Below are positions 45,621 through 59,420 of a DNA stretch of 64,000 bases, one piece after another. The notes beneath the pieces were generated by a model, which searched no databases, was not told where the DNA came from, and saw only the letters and a program-made list of their open reading frames with translations. The position numbers and the translations under genes are program-made. Position 1 is the first letter of the stretch, and each line of letters starts with the position of its first letter. Origin of the DNA: the human T2T-CHM13v2.0 reference genome, Homo sapiens; NCBI RefSeq assembly GCF_009914755.1, contig NC_060925.1; one strand, 5' to 3'.

Positions 45621-47611
45621 AAGCAAGAGCAATTAGGCAAGAGAAAGAAAGGGGGCATCCAAATTGGAAAAGAGGAAGTCAAACTATCCCCATTTGCAGA
45701 TGATATTATCATATATCTAGAAAACCCTGAAGACTCTTCCAAAAGACTTCTAGATTTGATAAACAAATTCAGTAAAGTCTCAGGTTACAAAATCAATGTA
45801 CACACATCAGTAGCACTGCTATACACCAACAATGACCAAGCTGAGAATCAAATCAAGAACTCAATTTTTTTTACAACAGCTGCAAACAACAACAAAACCT
45901 AGAAATATACTTAACCAAGGAGGTGAAAGATCTCCCTACGGAGAACTATAAAACACTGCTGAAAGAAATCATAGATAGCATAAACAAACAGAAACATATC
46001 CCATGCTCATGGATGGGAGGAATCAATACTGTGAAAATGACTACACTGCCCAAAGCAATCTACAGATTCTATGCAATGCCCATCAAAATACCAAAATCAT
46101 TTTTCACAGAATTAGAAAAAACAATCCTAAAATTCATATGGTACCAAAAAAGAGCCCAGCATAAAGAACAAATCTGGAGGCATAACATTACCAGACTTCA
46201 AATTATACTACAAGGGTGTAGTTACCAAAACAGCATGGTACTGGTATAAAAATAGGCACATAGACCAATGGAACAGAATAGAGAAACCAGAAATAAAGCC
46301 AAATACGTACAGCCAACTGATCTTCAACAAGGCATACAAAAACATAAACTGGGGAATGGACACCATATTTAGTAAATGATGCTGGAAAAACTGGCAAGCC
46401 ACATGTGGAAAAATGAAACTGGATACTTACCTCTTACCTTATACAAAAACCAACTCAAGATGGATGAAAGATTTAAAGACCTGAAACCATAAAAATTCTA
46501 GAAAACAACATTGGAAAAACTTTTCTAAACATCAGCCTAGGCAAAGAATTCATGACTAAGACCCCAAAAGCAAATGCAACAAAAACAAAAATAAATAAAT
46601 GGGACTTAATTAAACTAAAGAGCTTCTGTACAGCAAAAGAAATAATAACCAGAGTAAACAGACAATCCACAGAATGAAAGAAAATATTTGCAAACTACGC
46701 ATCTGACAAAGGACTAGTAGCCAGAATCTACAAGAAACTCAAACAAATCCGCAAGAAAAAAACAAACAATCCTATTAAAAAGTGGGCAAAGGAAATGAAT
46801 AGATATTTCTCAAAAGAAGATATACAAATGGCCAACAAACATGAAAAAATGCTAAACATCACCAATCATCAGGGAAATGCAAATTAAAATCACAATGAGA
46901 TACCACCTTACTCCAGCAAGAATGGCCATTACTAAAAAGTCAAAAAACAATTGATGTTGGTATGGATGTGGGAAAAAGGGAATGACATACTGCTAGTGAA
47001 AATGTAAACTAGTATAACCTCTATGGAAAACAGTATGGAGATTCCTTAAAGAGCTAAAAGTAGATCTACCATTCAATCCGGCAATCCCACTACTGGGCAT
47101 CTACCCAAAGGAAGATGAGTCATTATATGAAAAAGACACTTGTACATGTATGTTTATAGCAGCACAATTCACAATTGCAAAAATATGGAACCAACCCAAG
47201 TGTCCACTGATTAAAGAAAATATTGCATATATACACCATGGAATACTACTCTGCCATGTAAAGGAACAAAATAATGTCTTTGCAGCAACTTGGATGGAGC
47301 TGGAGGCCATTATTCTAACTGAAGTAAGACAGCAGTGAAAGACCAAAAACAGTATGTTCTCACTTATAAGTAGGAACTAAGCTATGAGTACTCAAAGGCA
47401 TACATTGATATAATGGACTTTGGAGACTCAGAAGTGGGAGGAGACTGGGAGTAGGGAATAGGGATAAAAAACTACATATTAGGTACAATGTACATGACTC
47501 AGCTGATGGGTACACTAAAATATCAGAATTCACCACTATAAAACTCATCCATGTAACAAAAGATCCACTTGTAACACAAAAGCTACTGAAATAAAAATGT
47601 TTTAAAAACAA
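45621..47611 (+). mobile_element. 5'-truncated L1PB-like element
   Basis: Degenerate ORF2 3' half (FADD motif near 45695) plus L1PB-type 3'UTR; 15-bp TSD AGAAAATGAC(T/C)TTCC at 45605-45619 and 47612-47626. Confidence 0.92.
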
Positions 47612-49762
47612 AGAAAATGACCTTCCTATTACATGATTCAAACCTGACTGTGTGACCCTGCCATGCTTGGGGCCACAAGGCTAAAGGAGCTCCTGGAGAA
47701 AGGCCCTAGATTCTACAAACTCCACAGTTCCGATAACCCAGCAAGGGGCACAAGGCCACTTCTGGCCCATAGGGAGCCTTCAAGCATTTAGAAAAAGGCA
47801 GACACAATTCCAGGTCAGGGCCCCGGCATGGCCCAGGCATAATGAGCAAAGCATCTCCTCACCTGGCACCTTGGGCCAGGTGCCATCTGCCTAACCCTAT
47901 CACAGGCAGTTGTCACCCGCCTCAGAAATTCGTTAAGAGGTTGCATTTAAGTACAAAATCTCCTTGGTCAAACCCTCTAATCATTTGGAAAGCAGCAATG
48001 TGTAGAAAATATATCTTCCTGAGGGGTGATGTCTTGCTTGGCTCTGATCCCCAGGAAAGAGTACAGTAGGGAGAAGAGAGATCCCAACACCGGTCTCCAA
48101 TCTCTTTATCCACAAAGGCAACCTTTTCTTCCATACTCAAGAGTGGAGAAAGAGCACTACAGGGGTAATGTCATCTGTCATTCCTAATTAGTGTTCTCTA
48201 AAAAAAAAAAAAAAGTTTTTAAAAGAATATTGGCATCTTTCAACTCTGTTATTAGACATAATAATCACAATGTCAACATGTCCAAGCATGACTATTAGTA
48301 ACAACATCTTACATTTGTTGGACTCATGTTTTATAAAGGGCTCTCCAGTACAGCATCTCACTTAATCCTTCCTATTCGGTCCTTACAGCCTCTATTTTAA
48401 AGATAAGGAAGCCGGGGCTCTGAGATGTTAACTGGCTTGCTTAAGGTCTCACAGTAGGTGGCAGAGCCAGGACTAAGCCCCACCAGTCCCCTTCCTCCTC
48501 TCTGGCCATCCAATTCTCTGGGCAGGGTTGCCTGAATTGCTCTGAAGATAGAATACACCTATTCTGTTCTTGAGAAGTTCTCAATTCTTCTGGTGAGACT
48601 TTTCAGTGACTTCTCCCTGTCAAAAGGTACCTCTGTGTTTATTTTTCCACCTGACTGCCCACACCATTCAAGGACACAGTATTACCATCCAGGTGAAGAA
48701 AGACAATGCTCGCTGTTGCCTCTGCCGCTCATCAAGCGCCTCCCAAGCCTCTCATTATTTCCCCAAGTTCTGATTTTAGGAGTGTCTGCAAAGCTTCCTG
48801 GCTTGTGTCGACCTGATTCAGCCAATACTACCAGACCCATGTGTCAGCAGCTACACCTCAGGGGCAGGCTCTGCTTCCTTGGCTGGTAGACCAGCTGGCA
48901 CCTCAGAATCCATCAGGGTTTCTGCCACTCAGGGTTAAATTTGGCTCCCTAGTGGAGGCAAGTCCTGGCTGTATTGTCCCTACCATGACTCCACAAACTT
49001 TAATTTTGGCCTGGAGTTTTATGACTATTAGCACCATTCTCCATCCACAAGACTTCCAAATCTCTCTGTCACTGGACAGCTTAGGGCCAAGAAAGCAAAA
49101 ATTAGTCACTGTGTTCAGTCCTGCCCAACAACTTTCAGTTGTGCAAAGTTGATGACCCCGTCCTAAGACTCAGACATCCTACTGCCTCCCTCCACCAGCA
49201 TCTCCCCTTCCTCTCCAGCTCCCTGACCTCTCTGTGGGTAATTCTCACTTTAATTCACAGCTTTATCAACGGGCATAAACAAGAGGGAGAATGGGGGGCT
49301 TTGAAGTCCAGTATTGTATTTATCATCATGGAGAAGGCTGAAACTCACATGTAGATAAAATTTGGGATTATCAATGGCCTTCATTTCTACTCAAGTTGTC
49401 CTATTCTTGATCAATAATGAACAAGGATATAGCTGTGAGTTGTCTGCTCTGACTTAATAATTTATCATCTCATTCCAAAAACACTTTTGCCTGAAATTGC
49501 CCTGCCTTTCCCCATATGTGCACTCTCTAAGTGCAAGCCCAATGTCCCTTTTCCCAAAGTTCTAACTTTCCCTCTTCTAGCTTTTCCCAGCATTCCACCT
49601 ACACATTCCTTTTTGCTTTCTCTATTTTATAGTCATTTGTGTTCTGTGTTCATCTCTGCCTCTAAGCTCCTGAAAGGCACACACTCCTGATTTGGCTCTG
49701 CATCCCTAAAGTTCTTACTTCTGGGCCTTTCACAGGCATGGAGCTCAGTGAAAGATAACTTA

Positions 49763-50168
49763 ATGAATGGACAGATGGACAGAACAATGGATGGATGAAC
49801 ATATGGACAGATGGATGGATGAACGATAGCACTGGAGTTCAGTGAAAATGACATAGTGAATGGACAGATGAACAGAAGGATGGATGGATGAACAGATAGA
49901 GAGATGAATAGATAAATGAATGGATGGATGGATGGATGGATGATTGGATGAATGGAAGAACAGATGGACAGATGGATGGATGGATGGCTGAATGGCAGTA
50001 TAGATGAATGGATGGATGAACAGATGGACAGATGAATGAATGGATGGATAAATGGATGAATAGATGAACAAACGGAAAGATGGACGGATGACTGGACAGA
50101 CAAATGTGTGGATGGACAGGTGGATGAATGGCAGTATAGATGGATGGATAATAAGTGTATAGATGGAA
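49763..50168. repeat. Degenerate (TGGA/TGAA/CAGA)n repeat after an L2 3' end
   Basis: Visible repeat; TGGAG(C/T)TCAGTGAAA occurs twice about 94 bp apart. Confidence 0.92.
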
Positions 50169-53100
50169 GGAGGGAAGAAGGGACATTCTCTTCATGCATG
50201 CTACTACAACCTCCTCTCCTTTTGTATTTCTTTGGGAAAGCAACTCGCATTCATTCTCATTATCACACTCATTTGATTCCTAAGCACGTTCTCAGCTGGG
50301 GAGGTTTTGCAATTTCTCTACTGCCACCACTAAATTAAAAGCACACTGGCATACTGTAGCAAGGGAAAGCTATAAAAGGTCCAAAACTTGAAGGGCTAGA
50401 TTTCCAGCTAAACCACAATCCACATATCACTGTTCTCACTCATATTTAAGAAATAAAAGTTTTCTGTTTGGAAAATTCCCCAGGCCTTTCTTCTCTCACC
50501 TGCTTAATATGCCTTCCAAGTTCTGCTGGAATATCTTTATTCTTTCCTAAAACTCTCATTGCCTATTTTCATCAAATTTTAAGTCATAAGTAAGAAGATT
50601 CAGAAAACAACAAACGAGAAAATAAAGTCCACACAAAGAAAAACAAAACAGGTTAGTCGATGGCAAAAGGAATATCTGCCAATAACAACACCATTTGTCT
50701 TAGTTACTGCTTTTAACTTGCTCTCTCTCCTGGCATTAATAGAAATAAAACTGCATGTCTCCGGCCTCATGCAGCTAATGTACAGTTAGCACCCCAGGCA
50801 ACAGGAGCCACAGAGTTCAAGTACAGTGGAGACAAATTCAAGTAAACAGATTGTAGACACAATTGATTGCAGCATTTAGTTCCATGGCACTATTCACCAT
50901 AGCTGGTGGGTTTCATGTAAAAACAAGGGAGTCTCATGGTGGGACAGCCCCATGTAGTCAGCTAGGGCCTCCACATCACAGAAGTATTCACCTATCAGAA
51001 CTAGAAGATGGAAGGATGGCAGAGAGAAGGGAACAGAAAGCTGTCAAGTGGTGATTTGGGACCTCTGTCCTAATAAAAATGCCTTGTACTTACATACTCC
51101 TTTTGCTGCACCCTCCCCGCCCCCTCCCATTGTCATAATCACTGGCAGAGGTGCACCAGCTGTCTCATGGGTGAGGGCATTTCTCCACGGCAGGCCTACC
51201 CAAGCCCTTCAGTGCATCCACTCAAAGGTCACCTACTAAACTCGTTTGTTTATACTTTAACAGCAGATTCCTACTATTTTTGCTGACGGAATTAGCAATC
51301 ATAACTGCTCAGGATGGTGATGACTGCCAAGAATCAGAAGAGTAATAATCCTGACTTAGATTCAATTTGGGGGCGCTTTGGAGTTCACAAGGTGTTTTCA
51401 CATTCCAGCATCACAGAGAGACCTGCTCCTTAGCACAGAACATTGCCCTGGGCCACTGAGGTTGCAACTGCAAGCCTTTCCTTTTTTCTTTATTCTTCTC
51501 ATTCCCAGCCAGCTGTGAAACCTTGTGTGCCAACAAAGCTCTGTCATTTCCAGCAAAAACACAGCTGAACCTGTGTCCCCCTGTGGTTGGGGTTGAGCAC
51601 AACTAAAAGGGCCTCCAAAAGGCAAATGCAAGCACGGCCTGGCAATCACAGTCTTTCCACTCCGCCTACTTAAAAGCCCTTGGTTGATCTCCGAGGCCTT
51701 TGATGCTATCTGCATAAGTCAGAAAAGGAGGTGCTCAGGGCCTGAGACTTTCAAACAGCAACTTGCCTGACAAACTCACACATTTTTCGAGGCCTCAACT
51801 CATGGGACCTTTTGTCCTCTTCCTAATCAGGAGAGACCGACTCCATCTGACCAAGCCATCTGCTCCCCAAAGCAAGGCTCAAGGCTGCACCCCAGCCTGG
51901 TGGTGTCAACTCAGAGATGCTAAGGAAGACATGTGTTCTCCTCTGCCTCCCCTAGAAATCACCCTGCAAACCCACTGAAGGCCAATGATGAAATGTCCAG
52001 GTTGTATTGCAAACAACAGCGAGACAAAACTTTAATCCTAAAGGGACAGTTTGAAATCCCAGTTTCCCATCCCCCTCACCATGCTGACCTCTCACCTGTG
52101 TTCTGCTTCATGAAATCCCAATGTGGCATTTCTGGAGGGCTTCCTTGAACCCGTGCAGAGAAAGCTGAGTGATGGGGCACAGTGTGAGCCTGGTTACAAA
52201 GCCCCCTATTCTCCAGTTGCTGATTTCTAGTCCTCTTGGGCAAATGCCAATTGCTAAGTGAAACAGCACTCAGGGTGGTGTGTCAGGAATGCTCTGTGTA
52301 GCCATAAAATACCTAAGATGTGGTTCATAAAATATTTGGAGGGTGCTAGTAGGAAGCATGGCTAGGCTACCTCAAAGCAACTTGTTTTATACAAGCTCAT
52401 ATACACACATATCTACAGAAAACATCATAGTGTATGTATAAATGGCATATCTATATTCAGACACGGTACCTGAATTTCCAACAAGCATCAAAAGGATTAA
52501 ATTGCTTTGGTGAGGTCTCTTACAAAAATTGGATATTTACTGCTGCTAGTATCTGTAACAATTTTCAGGCACTAGCATTACCTAACACCAGCTTTCCTAG
52601 TTCATTGCACAGAGATATATAAAGTTTCTTAGGATCTGTCCATTTAAACTAGAAGTCGTTAGCTATTTTTAATGCTGTAATTTGGATTCAAGACGTAAAA
52701 AATACATCTCAGGCACTGAAACATGGCCTGACCACACTGTAGCAAGTAATTCTGCAATTCTCAGTGACTGCGGGTAGCCGTGGGGAGACAGGCATCTCCT
52801 CGGACAAGCCTCTCCTTCAGGGCGTGTGTCACAGGGAAACGGAACCAGGGGTAAAACTTCCTGCTGAGGCTCGGAGGTCTAAGGTTTGCTCCTTCTCTGT
52901 CCTGCCCCTGTCCTTTATGCCTACCTCCAGCTAAGCGGGTACTGGGGAGGGTGGGGACCATCCTGGGAGTGCCTTGCAATGGCCATCTTCCCATCTTCTA
53001 CCATGTTCTTTCTGACGGAAGAAATGGCCACCTGCTCCTGATACTCTGCGTGGAAGCTGCCGCAACTGCACACCACACCCTCCTCTCCCACACAGTTGTC

Positions 53101-54088
53101 CTGGGGAAATCATGTCAGCACCAGGTGCAGGACCCTCAGAACCTCTTGGCCAAACTCTTTCCTTAGGCTTCTCCATCCACAGCCCAGCATGGCCTTTCTT
53201 CCTAAAAGAAACCCGCCAATCCAGGCACTGACTGTAACCTCCCCCGTTACGGTGACGGCAAAATGGTGCACACACCCACGGGTGCACACCCTCCTTACTG
53301 AGAGGCAGTGGCAGGAGCAGGGGGTGCAGCTTAGATCTACGTGCATTTCAATCCACACTCCACCACTCACCACTCTGCATGGGAAGTTACTTAACCTCTC
53401 TCTGCCTACGTTTCCACACCTGTAAACTGGGGCTATCAGCACCTCCTGAGAGCAACAGTGAGGATTCTGTGAGATTATACACAAACCACCAAGAAGAGTG
53501 CCTAGTCCTATTACTCAATCAAAAATTTTTTCTGAAACAAATTAAAATTAGGGCTTCCTGTTGAACATGGTAGATTGAACATGTGATCATTTTTCTCTTC
53601 AAAGCTCCACTGATATAAGAAGAAATAATTAAATGGCATATACCCCCAACAACACAAAAAGTAGGAGAAGTGACAATGCAAAAGACGTCTCTGCTTCTTT
53701 AGAAAATGGGAAGTAGATAAAGGAGTGAGCAGAACAGAGAAAGGTTAAGTAGGGGGCACCCTTGCAGAGCCATGGAGTCCCAGAAACGCTGGGGAATTGG
53801 AAGCACCAGGTTCTGCAGAGGTGGGGAGGGGTGCAGGGCTGAAAGCAGAGGGACTGGCTGAAATGCATAAAGAGGTCATTCCACCCCAGGTCCTCTCTCC
53901 TGGCTGGGGCTTCCAGATGACCACCTCCTTCCCCACCACAGCATGAGAGGACAGGTTCACTCTGTGGAAGCCCCAGACTCGGAGAAAACGAAAAGCCTTA
54001 GAGAAAAGCCCTATAGATGTGGACATTAGGGAACCACCTCCCACATTCCCCTACCTCCTATCCTCAGTAAAATGGCTGAATCTCAGCC

Positions 54089-55758
54089 CAGTCAATTTTC
54101 AGGATTGCCCAGGAATAGATAAGACCCACCCATGAACACAGAGCTTCTCTGCTTGTCTCAGTCTTAACTGCAATGGTCAAGGAAGCCCCCAATTTGAAAG
54201 GCAACCTATGAGGAAATACAAAACAATATAGAAAGAAAATACTATAATTAATATCCTCAGAGATACAAGAGAATATAATGCATCTACGAAACAAGAACAG
54301 AATGCTGTTTTAAAAGGAAACAGAGGAAGAGTTCCTTATCATTAAAATATGGTAGCTGAAAAGCTTCAACAAAAAAACCTGGAAAAAAAGTTATGGAAAT
54401 CCCTCAGAAAAGACAGCAAAAAAGCACAGAGAAAGAAAACTGGAGAGAAAAGATAAGAACATTTAAGGATCAGGAAAGGAGTGCCAGCATCCTACTTATA
54501 GAAAATCCAGAAAGAAAAGAGAAAAATGAAGAGAAGGAAATCATCGAAGAATATTTTTTAAATTCCCAGAAATCAAAGGCATGAGTCTCCAAACTGACAA
54601 GGCTATAATAAATGAAGAGACCCCATACCATCTACCTTATTGGGGAATTTCAGAGAACCAAAGATAAAGAGAAAATCTGGGGAGAGGCTGGGTCACATAT
54701 GAAAGACTAGAATCAGGGTGACATCATACTTCTTATTAGCAAAACTAGAAGCTGGAAGACTACAGAGTAATGCCTTCAAAATTATGAGAGAAATTTTTTA
54801 AAATTTTTTATTTCCGTAGGTTTTTGGAGAACAGGTGGTATTTGGTTACATGAGTAAGTTCTTTAGTGGTGATTTGTGAGATTTTGGTGCACCCATCACC
54901 CAAGCAGTATACACTGAACCCCACTTGTAGTCTTTTATCCCTCACCCCCTTCCTACCCTTTCCCCGAGTCCCCAAAGTCCTACCCTTTCCCCCTGGGTCC
55001 CCAAAGTCTCTTGTGTCATTCTAATGCCTTTGCATCCTCATAGCTTAGCTCCCACTTATGAGTGAGAACATACAATATTTGGTTTTCCATTCCTGAGTTA
55101 CTTCACTTAGAATTATAGTCTCAATCCCATCCAGGTTGCTGCAAATGCCATTAATCCATTCCTTTTTATGGCTGACTAGTACTCAATCATATATATATAT
55201 ACCACAGTTTATTTACCCACTTGTTGACTGATGGGCATTTGGGTTGGTTCCACATTTTTGCAATTGTGAATGTGCTGCTATAAACATGTGTATGCAAGTA
55301 TTTTTTTTCATATAATGACTTCTTTTCCTCTGGGTAGATACCCAGTAGTGGGATTGCTGGATCAAACAGTAGTTCTACTTTTAGTTCTTTAAGGAATCTC
55401 CACACTGTTTTTCTTAGTGGTTGTACTAGTTTACATTCCCACCAGCAGTGTAGAAGTGTTCTGACGGAAATGATTTTTAACCTAAAATGCTATGCTTTGC
55501 CAAGTTATCAGTTCAGTGTGAACAAAAGGCATTTCGAACAGCCAAATCTTAAAATATTTACCCCATATCTCCTTTTCAGTCAATTTTCAGTAATGCCCAG
55601 GAATAGACAAGACCCATCCATGAACACAGGGCTTCTCTTCTTGTCTCAGTCTTAACAATAATGGTCAAGGAAGCCCCCAATTTGAAAGGCAAACCATGAA
55701 GAAATATAAAACAATACAGAAAGAACAAGCAGTCATTAATACCCTCAGAGACACAAGA
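54089..55758. repeat. 182-bp dispersed direct duplication within old L1M-like sequence
   Basis: CAGTCAATTTTCAG...GGTCAAGGAAGCCCCCAATTTGAAAGGCAA...CTCAGAGA(T/C)ACAAGA at 54089-54270 and 55577-55758. Confidence 0.92.
54795..55461 (-). mobile_element. L1PB1-like 3' end
   Basis: [29 protein letters not shown] on minus strand plus 3'UTR; internal ~27-bp tandem duplication at 54952-55008. Confidence 0.88.
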
Positions 55759-56199
55759 AAGCTAGTAAAAGATGTGCTCCATTGATTTAGGGCATAATCT
55801 AAGAAATGAGAAAACACAGATTCAGAAAACAGAGAATCTAACACGAAGCAGTCAAGCATCAAGATAACCAGGCAGCAAACCTAGCGAAGAGTCAGTCCCA
55901 ACTGAGACGGTGATCAGAGGGCTCTGAGAAGAATGTCTACAGGGAAAAAGGAGATTTGCTAGATTACTTGTTGCACTTGACAAATAGGAAATGGTGTTAA
56001 GAAAAATTTTTAATTCTTTGGTCGATTTCGGGAAGAATTCATTATACTGTAGAAAGAAAATATTGCAAAGCAACAACAAAGTGATTGTTGACTCCTGACA
56101 GAACAAAAAGTTGTTTAAAAAAAAAAAAGAAAACGTCATTATAGTAGACTTTTTGGCCCAGGAGTAATAAGTATGTACAAAGCCAAGATGTAAATAATG

Positions 56200-56360
56200 A
56201 CAGGCATGCGCCACCACGCCCAGCTAATTTTGTGTTTTTTAGTAGATACGGGGTTTCTCCATGTTGGTCAGGCTGGTCTCGAACTCCTGACCTCAGATGA
56301 TCTGCCCGCCTTGGCCTCCCAAAGTGCTGGGATTACAAGCGTGAGCCACTGTGCCCGGCC
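56200..56360 (-). mobile_element. 3'-truncated AluS (AluSp-like) without poly-A, flanked by TSD
   Basis: Left arm, linker and ~27 bp of right arm; AATAATGAC at 56193-56201 and 56361-56369. Confidence 0.9.
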
Positions 56361-57210
56361 AATAATGACTATCATTTTAAACAACAATTGGGAGACAACT
56401 ACCTTGAGAGAAAGAAGAATGGGAAATGGGGAAGGAAACTGTCGTCATTCCCCATATTAAGAAATCAATAGGTAATAGCTACAATTTTTAGTATCTAAAT
56501 TTTATAAATCAAAAAATATCAGTATAAGCAATTATCAAGAAACATGAAGGTAGCCGCATGACCAGTCAGAAGTATTGGAAGTGGCTGCCTCTGAGGCGTG
56601 AATAGCACTCAGGACTGGAAGCACAGCACAGAGACTGCTCTTTCTCTTCTGAAATCTTTGTCCAGAGGTCATGGTTTCTGTGCTTAGTAGAATTCATGCC
56701 TGTGTCTTATTTAACAGGTAAGAATTTTGGTAAATTCCTCTATGGACTTGTATGAACTGGCTTCATTTATGCAGTAGTATCTGGGTGACTGTAACAGAGA
56801 GCTTTAATCCTTTTTTTTTTAAGGGACTTGACAAAATTCACAAAGCTGATGTTCCAAGTGTGCTTGGAACCCAGCTCTTCTGGCTCCAAATCAAATGCTA
56901 ATTCTATCTCAGCGAGTCCTATCACAGCATCTGGCACATTAGAGGTGTTCAAAGAGTATCTGGTGAAATGTGATGATTATGCCATACTCATGACTCCAGC
57001 CCACCTTGAACAGCCCAGAAACTCTCCCTTGAAGCCCATGGAACCTGGTGAGAGCTGGCCACTAAGATGGTGGAAAAGGACACCACCACCAGCTTTCCCA
57101 CAGGAAGTACTTCATAAGTACTCTTCATACTTTGTCGTTAACTTGTTTTCTCCTACTGTACACTGGATAACGGTATGAGCTGTATCTCTCACAGGCACCG
57201 TAATTTGTTC

Positions 57211-57507
57211 AGTTCTCAAAATCAGCAGAATGCATAAATGAATGACATTTTGTAGAGCTCAAGTATTAGTTGAATAAATTAATGAATGCCACCTTACAGA
57301 GTTCAAATGTTAGTAGAATGCATGAAGAAATGAATGCCACCTTGCAGAGCTCAAATGTCAGTAGAATGTGTTAAGGAATGAATGATGTCTTCCATTGCTC
57401 AAACGTCAGTTGAATGTATGAAGGAATGAATGTCACCTTACAGAGCTCAAATGTTAGTACAATGCATGAATGAATGAATGAATGAATGAACGGCACTTTA
57501 TAGAGCC
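57211..57507. repeat. ~48-bp minisatellite, about 6 diverged copies
   Basis: Consensus GAGCTCAAATGTTAGTAGAATGCATGAAGGAATGAATGCCACCTTACA; unit starts near 57255, 57299, 57347, 57395, 57443, 57503. Confidence 0.88.
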
Positions 57508-58559
57508 TACCCACAGACTGTGTTGAGTGGATGAAACCTCAGATGTCTAAATTTAGCTTGAGGTGTGAGGGAGAAATATATCTAAGTAATGAACTCCTGT
57601 AAATACGGGTGGGGAGGTAATGGAAGTTCTTGCTGCAATTGGGTGTTAATAGCAGAAGCTCTACTGCAACCTAACACCAGGGGAGTAAGCCATCTGTTCA
57701 AAAGGTGGCAATTAGGACACCGCAGCCTGGAAGCCCAGACTCCAGTGCCTGCTTCTGTGAGCTGTGTACCAAATCGTCAGGACACATTGTCCCCTCCCTC
57801 ACCTGTGCCCACTGCATAGTCACCGACTACATGGTCAGTTTACAGAGCCATCCCTCAGGGTGGCTTTTGTTCTCAAGAGGAAGGGCTGCTGTTTTTAGTA
57901 TAAACAGAGGCAAAAACAAGGGAGGCTTAGAGGGAGAAAATGAGGCCAAAGCACACCAAACCCCTTAAGAAAGACATGAGGAACCCTCAGGGTCTGACAA
58001 CTGGAGGCCACCCAGCCCTCTGGGCAGAGCCTCTTTCTCAAGCAAGACTCAATCTGTTCTACTCAAGGTTTCTGGACTCCTAGGGAATAATTGAGCTATT
58101 TTTTATTTCTTTAAAAAGGTGAATGGAAATAGTACATTTATCCAGGACAGATCTGCCAGGCTAATGCAAAAATTCAGGTTTCTTTGACTGGATTGGAAAC
58201 ACAGTGCAGTGAAAAAACTTCCCCCATGTTGAACACAGTGATATTTATGTAAACGTACATGTTTCACCAAAAATAGAGACACAAATTAACCATCGCTTCA
58301 TAAAGGCAGTCAGGCTTTTTTAAAATGGAAGGTCAGTGGACTGAAAATAATACAAGGGACCCCGAGGAGTGAGGCCGGGAGCCGCTGTTCTCAGCCGAAT
58401 TTCTGGGTCCTCTGCTTTGTCATCAGATCCCCCAGGGCTGCACAAGTACCCAGGGAACCTTCAGCCATTTAGTACAACTGAAAAAATGAAAGAAACAAAA
58501 TGGGGGAAGCGGCCAAGACTGAGGCAGGAGAGAGGCAGGGTGCGTGTCACAGAGGGCTT

Positions 58560-59420
58560 TGTGTGCTATGCTTTGGAGTTTCTATCTCCCCCTGCAGCAA
58601 GGGGCACTCAGCAGTAAAAGGATGCAATCAAATATGTGTTTTGGAACAACTCTGTTCACCACAAGGAGGATGAGCTGGAAGGGGGCAATGCCAGAGGCAG
58701 ATAACCCACCAGGAAGCTTTTCCAGCAGTCCAGGAGTAGCTGGAAGAGAGGCTGGATAAGAGCATGGGGAGAAGGGGTGATGCACTTATGCGAGGAAACT
58801 GCTGGGACAGGCTGCGCATGCAGCTGCAGGGTGGCTCCAGGCCTCTGATTTGTAGGATGAGGCAGATCTTAATGCCATTCACTGAGATGGGGAACATGGA
58901 GGGAGAGGCAATCTGAGGGAAGAATATAACTGTTTTAGACAAGCTGAGATATGTGGAGAACAACTCAGAGATGTCCAGTAAGCACTTGCATCTATGTCCT
59001 CATCAGAACCAGGAAAAAATCTGAGCAGGAGAAATACATCCAGTTCCAGGTGGTAATTCAACTCACAAGGGGAGATGAGGTCACGTGGGAAGACTGTGTG
59101 GTGAGAGATGGGAAGAGGCCAAGACAGAACTCCAGGGAGAGTGTAGGAGGAAAAGCAAAGGAGACCAGCAAGGACTGGTTAGAGGAAGAAAAAGCAGAAG
59201 GGAGTAATATCCTGGCAGTCACAGGAGGAGACCGTTTCAAGAAAATGAAGTAGCCAAGTGCTACAAAGAGGCTGAGAAAGAGGAGAACTGCAAGACCCAT
59301 TGTGCACATGAGTTTGGTGTTTGCGTGTCTCTGAAGGTGACATTTACCAGGATAATTTCAGAGGAACGATGGGGGTGGAACCATATTGCTGTGGGTTGAA
59401 CAGTGAGTCGGAGATGAGGA
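58560..59420 (-). mobile_element. L2 LINE relic
   Basis: ATGCCATTCACTGAGATGGGGAAC...GAGATGTCCAGTAAGCA-type L2 body motifs; boundaries approximate. Confidence 0.55.

Noticed and set aside
49633-50250. 205-aa His/Pro/Ser/Ile-rich ORF (also 17982-18380)
   Set aside because: Translation of (TCCA)n microsatellite
52760-53300. Possible CpG island or promoter
   Set aside because: Only scattered CpGs, far below island density
57211-57507. Regularly spaced repeats as a CRISPR-like array
   Set aside because: Whole units repeat with no unique spacers, there are no cas genes, and the context is eukaryotic
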